DNA of 64,000 bases from Fibrobacterota bacterium (lineage in GTDB: Bacteria > Fibrobacterota > Fibrobacteria > UBA5070): NCBI GenBank assembly GCA_029557215.1, contig JAKPQQ010000222.1:18481-82480 (forward strand), written 5' to 3'. The notes below the pieces were generated by a model. That model did not search any database and was not told the origin of the DNA. It saw only the letters and a program-made list of their open reading frames with translations. Of this stretch, positions 63,741 through 64,000 are shown one piece after another. How positions within the stretch are numbered: position 1 is the first letter of the stretch; every line of letters starts with the position of its first letter. The translations under genes were made by a program, and so were the position numbers.

Positions 63741-63907
63741 CAGACCTTCTTGGCTGCGTGCTCGGTGTGCTTCTGCAGGCGCGGGCAGTACTTCTTGAAG
63801 ACCTTCGACTTCGCGGTCTTGTCGAGTACCACCGTGTAGTTCTGCATCTTGGTTTCTTTGCAAACCAGGAAGTAGATCTCCTTGCCTGTCTTTTTCTTGG
63901 CGGCCAT
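63740..63907 (-). CDS. rpmG: 50S ribosomal protein L33, C-minus (zinc-ribbon-degenerate) form
   Basis: 55 aa, below the ORF-track cutoff so read directly: MAAKKKTGKEIYFLVCKETKMQNYTVVLDKTAKSKVFKKYCPRLQKHTEHAAKKV; KKYCPRLxKxTxH matches L33; only 2 Cys. Confidence 0.75.
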   Translation of the reverse strand: MAAKKKTGKEIYFLVCKETKMQNYTVVLDKTAKSKVFKKYCPRLQKHTEHAAKKV

Positions 63908-64000
63908 GGTGCTGTTGTCCCTGTAAATCGTGAAGGGGCAGGAATGTAGCCCCTCCCCCTGTTGCTTTCAAGTGGGCCGACTAGTTTTCTCTCATCATGT

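Noticed and set aside
60658-63839. 693-aa minus-strand and 1051-aa plus-strand ORFs over fabI/purA
   Set aside because: Alternative frames of strongly supported fabI, purA and ATP-grasp genes.

Overview
A high-GC (~68%) chromosomal segment from a flagellated Gram-negative bacterium. Phylum not determined: the flagellin N-terminus resembles spirochaete/delta-proteobacterial flagellins, and one response regulator carries a C-terminal CxxC..CxxC module that I associate with delta-proteobacterial signalling proteins. I support about 55 protein genes from sequence. No tRNA, rRNA, CRISPR, insertion sequence or prophage was seen. Content is dominated by signal transduction and DNA repair. (1) A 1796-aa tandem UvrA-UvrA fusion (1978..7368) is followed by a hybrid histidine kinase. 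(2) An operon argF/KaiC-like ATPase/two small membrane proteins/CheY-like receiver/UvrA2-like ATPase (52314..47211, minus strand) has every junction overlapping by stop/start codons. (3) A nine-gene chemotaxis operon (cheB-cheR-cheY-HDOD-Hpt-REC/PP2C-STAS-cheA-cheW, 24832..33583) contains an embedded partner-switching pair. (4) A second non-canonical chemosensory module (35867..43083) has two CheA-type (Hpt + CheA-like ATPase) kinases lacking the CheW-like P5 domain, two periplasmic binding proteins, CheY and CheX. (5) A flagellar rod cluster (flgF-flgG-flgA) and a flagellin locus with adjacent glycosyltransferases are present. (6) Housekeeping genes include ahpC, pyk, psd, ybeY, corC, tatD, argF, hupB, fabI, purA and rpmG. 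Because of the GC content the six-frame track holds many long spurious ORFs (for example 1260..9761+, 29681..33583+, 29661..33125-, 54866..58180+); these were rejected as overlapping frames of real genes. Gene starts were placed by frame arithmetic on the ORF track plus Shine-Dalgarno and overlap context. Coordinates of non-coding hairpins and palindromes were read by eye and may be off by 1-2 nt.
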